DNA of 64,000 bases from Klebsormidium nitens (taxonomy: Eukaryota > Plantae > Klebsormidiophyceae): the NCBI GenBank assembly GCA_000708835.1, contig DF237312.1, forward strand, positions 34,625 through 98,624, written 5' to 3'. A model generated the notes under the pieces. The model saw nothing but the letters and a program-made list of their open reading frames with translations, was not told the DNA's origin and searched no databases. Position numbers and translations under genes: made by a program. Numbering within the stretch: position 1 is the first letter of the stretch; every line of letters starts with the position of its first letter. This document shows, in pieces, positions 61,407 through 64,000 of the stretch.

Positions 61407-64000
61407 TGCGAATAAGCCTATGATCACAAGGAGCAACAGTTCTGTAAGATTCTGTTTTTCAAAACCTCCAAGAAATGGACGTTACAGTTTGGATTGGCAA
61501 CGAAAAGCAGGTCAACCAGGCACAGCCCTTGTCTGCTTATTGATACTTTCTGCTCAGGCAACATTACCAGAGGTGCTGTGCTTTCCGTCTTGAACGGATC
61601 TGAAAGACCGCCTGATATTTTCGTGCAAGCCGTGAAACATAGGCAACTAGTGGTAAAGGCAATACTGAAATGTAGGCATTCAAGTGGAATACAAATGGAC
61701 CAGCTTTACTTCTGAAGTATCTAAGCGGAAGACCTTTAATGCAAAAGGCACAACTCTCTTAAATTGGGTTAGTCAATCTGCCGCCAGAACAAAACCTTCT
61801 CAAGCCAGTACTCCCCCTTCTCCCAAGTTTTTGATTGCAATGCAATGTCAAGATGAGGTTTCAGCATATCTGCTAGATTGTTTGAGACAGTTGGCACCAG
61901 ACCAGTAGGCCTTATACAAATTGTACAAGCAGTGTGATTTGATCCCTTTGTGTCTTATCAACAAGATTGAAATCTTTCAACCTCAGCTTTTCAGTGTCAG
62001 TTGATGGGCAACTCTGCTAAACAGACTGCCATGAGCAGAAAACCATGGCCAGGTGTCACCTGTCAAACACAGCTCACCAGTTCAAGTTGGGTTGGAAGGC
62101 TTGAGCTGCTACGCCCCAGCTTCTACTGCTGGTGACTGAGGAACCCCCTGGGGAGTGAACAGCTCGAGTCTAGACGCACTCAGAATCTTGGCACCTGCAG
62201 ACATGCGGCGCTGGTCAGTACTTTGATTGGCGCCCTCGTGAACATAAAGCCACAGTGCCTGCACAAGACCTGGGGAAAATGGAGAACCATTGTCGGAGCT
62301 TCTTAGGTGAGTTACCACAGGAGAAGAAACTGAACTTGAACAACTGGTCAGCAATGTATCACTATCTGATCCTATTTGTGGCACTAAAGATAAATATCAT
62401 TGTTTGGCAGAGTGGTGCTGGGTGCTATGCCATACTGAGGCTCGAGTTTTGTCTACTGAAAAAGCGCTCAGGCCTCGCCTCGACTAGCAATTCTTTAGAT
62501 GGTCCTTCAGATGTAATAGGTGGAGGTTTGAGTATACAACGGGTGTAGAACTGCCAAATGGAGTTCACGCCCCCGACGGAGGATTTGAGGTAAGAGACCC
62601 GTTCACAATCTTGAACCCATGTTGCTCATCCAATGGCATTGCGCACCTCCCATAAATTATGAGAAGACACTGGCAACAGATCTGCCCACCGGGGTCGCAA
62701 TAGAACGCCTAGAACCCCTTTGCCATAGCTAGCTGAAACGTCTAGATGCGCGCTTTGTACTAATTAGCGAACGGACCTCAGAAAGAAATTGGTCTTACCT
62801 TTCCAACCGTCAACCCGTCGCATCAGCTCAGCAATCAGTGGGTGCCCGCTTTCTCTCTTCAGGCCCCTTCGATAGATTCTGAACTCCAGGTTGATTTTTT
62901 GTCAATCCACTCGCTCAAACCACCTGCTCAGTAGCTAACGCAATGTCTCAAGCAGGTCAACAAGACACCCGCTTCCCAATGGCAAGCTTTCCAGCATCCC
63001 CATTCGGTGCCTTTCAACGCGCACACAGATGGGAAAACGCCGCCGACGCGCAATGCTAATCTCAACATGTGAACATGAGCAGCAGAGGTGGTATTCGTTA
63101 CGAGAAAATTCTCTCTGCTGCTTAGTGCCCTCTCCCTATAACAGGTCTACAAGGGTTTGCTGTGCCCAGTTAAAAGCATGGGACCGATCCGATGCGCGCT
63201 TGTCCCTGCCAGTGGCTTGGGCCGGCAGACAGAACCACAGATTCGCTTGCCGATGAACAAACAGACTTGTCAGCAGCCCCGCATTTTACCCAGACTCTAG
63301 TAGCCTAGAGCTGCATGATCCGAGGAGGAACTTTGCCGAGCGGGCGGTGTACGGTCGCTTCGTTTCGCCCTTTGATGCCGTAATTTCAATTTCTGACAAG
63401 ATGCTCCTGGCTCTGGAGGGCTGCAGCTCGGAACCCCTTCATCTACCGTGACAGTACTAACTATCTACAGTACTTACTCTGGAGTCTGATCTACTGACGA
63501 CGGCACACAATCGACGTGACCGCGGGACCCGCTCGACCCTGTCGGAAGCTATGAGCTTACGCGAGTGCTGACGCAGTATGTCGGCCGGAGATGTCGTGAC
63601 TCGTATAATCCTGGCAATGCCAGATTCTGGACACTGGCAGCCAAAGTACCGTGAGACGAGCGCGTGCCACGTGGCCGGCTCAAAACGTGTTTGCCAGCGA
63701 CCTCTAAGCAGGCGACGTCCGTACTCCGGTGCTGACATCTGATCTGATCTGCAGTCAGATTTGCTGTACATCGATCAGTGCTCGCTAGTAGCTACTCAGT
63801 CTCTGCCAATCACAGTGACTGCTGCGCTAGTGCTGGGCATTCAAGCAAGGCTTCCGGTCGTCAAAGTTGGCCGTCCGGCGCCGGATCCGAGAATTAGGTA
63901 GTCGGCGCCGCGACCGTACAACGTACTTTTACTGCGGCACTACACTGAAGAGGACTGTCGTCCGGTTTTGACGGGCAATTTGTGTGAGCGACCCCCACGT

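Noticed and set aside
61900-63000. Exon-like fragments upstream of gene B on the minus strand (e.g. INLEFRIYRRGLKRESGHPLIAELMRRVDGWK|gtaag)
   Set aside because: Frames are interrupted by stops, no consistent acceptors were found and there is no recognisable family.

Overview
Intron-rich eukaryotic genomic DNA. Plant-like housekeeping orthologues, extensin-like and FAS1 genes and TTTTAGGG motifs suggest a streptophyte green alga such as Klebsormidium (inference). The window is organised as an old mirror-image duplication. Left arm (1 to ~18.4 kb): the 3' part of a secreted chimeric gene (gene A, +) with a Pro-rich stalk and 15 symmetric phase-1 Cys-rich exons (11 intact, 4 defective) plus a terminal exon, then its 3' flank and a decayed block 'X'. 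Right arm (~44.7-61.4 kb): the inverted counterparts, namely block X', the 3' flank and a complete paralogue (gene B, -) with signal peptide, ~660-aa Pro-rich stalk, 8 Cys-rich exons and a terminal exon. The single-copy core holds EMC7, TIM13, MOS2/GPKOW, BOP1 and two fasciclin (FAS1) genes. The most notable system is the Cys-rich array. Each 12-Cys repeat reads as two C-C-CC-C-C (knottin-like) frameworks, and every intron splits one of them inside a hypervariable Tyr/Asp-rich loop, so exon skipping or recombination would build new hybrid domains. Also notable are arrays of duplicated 'decoy' 3' splice sites in BOP1, a nested 90-bp palindrome beside a scaffold gap, and a telomere-like intronic insertion. 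All exon models were read manually from splice motifs and frame continuity, without transcript evidence.
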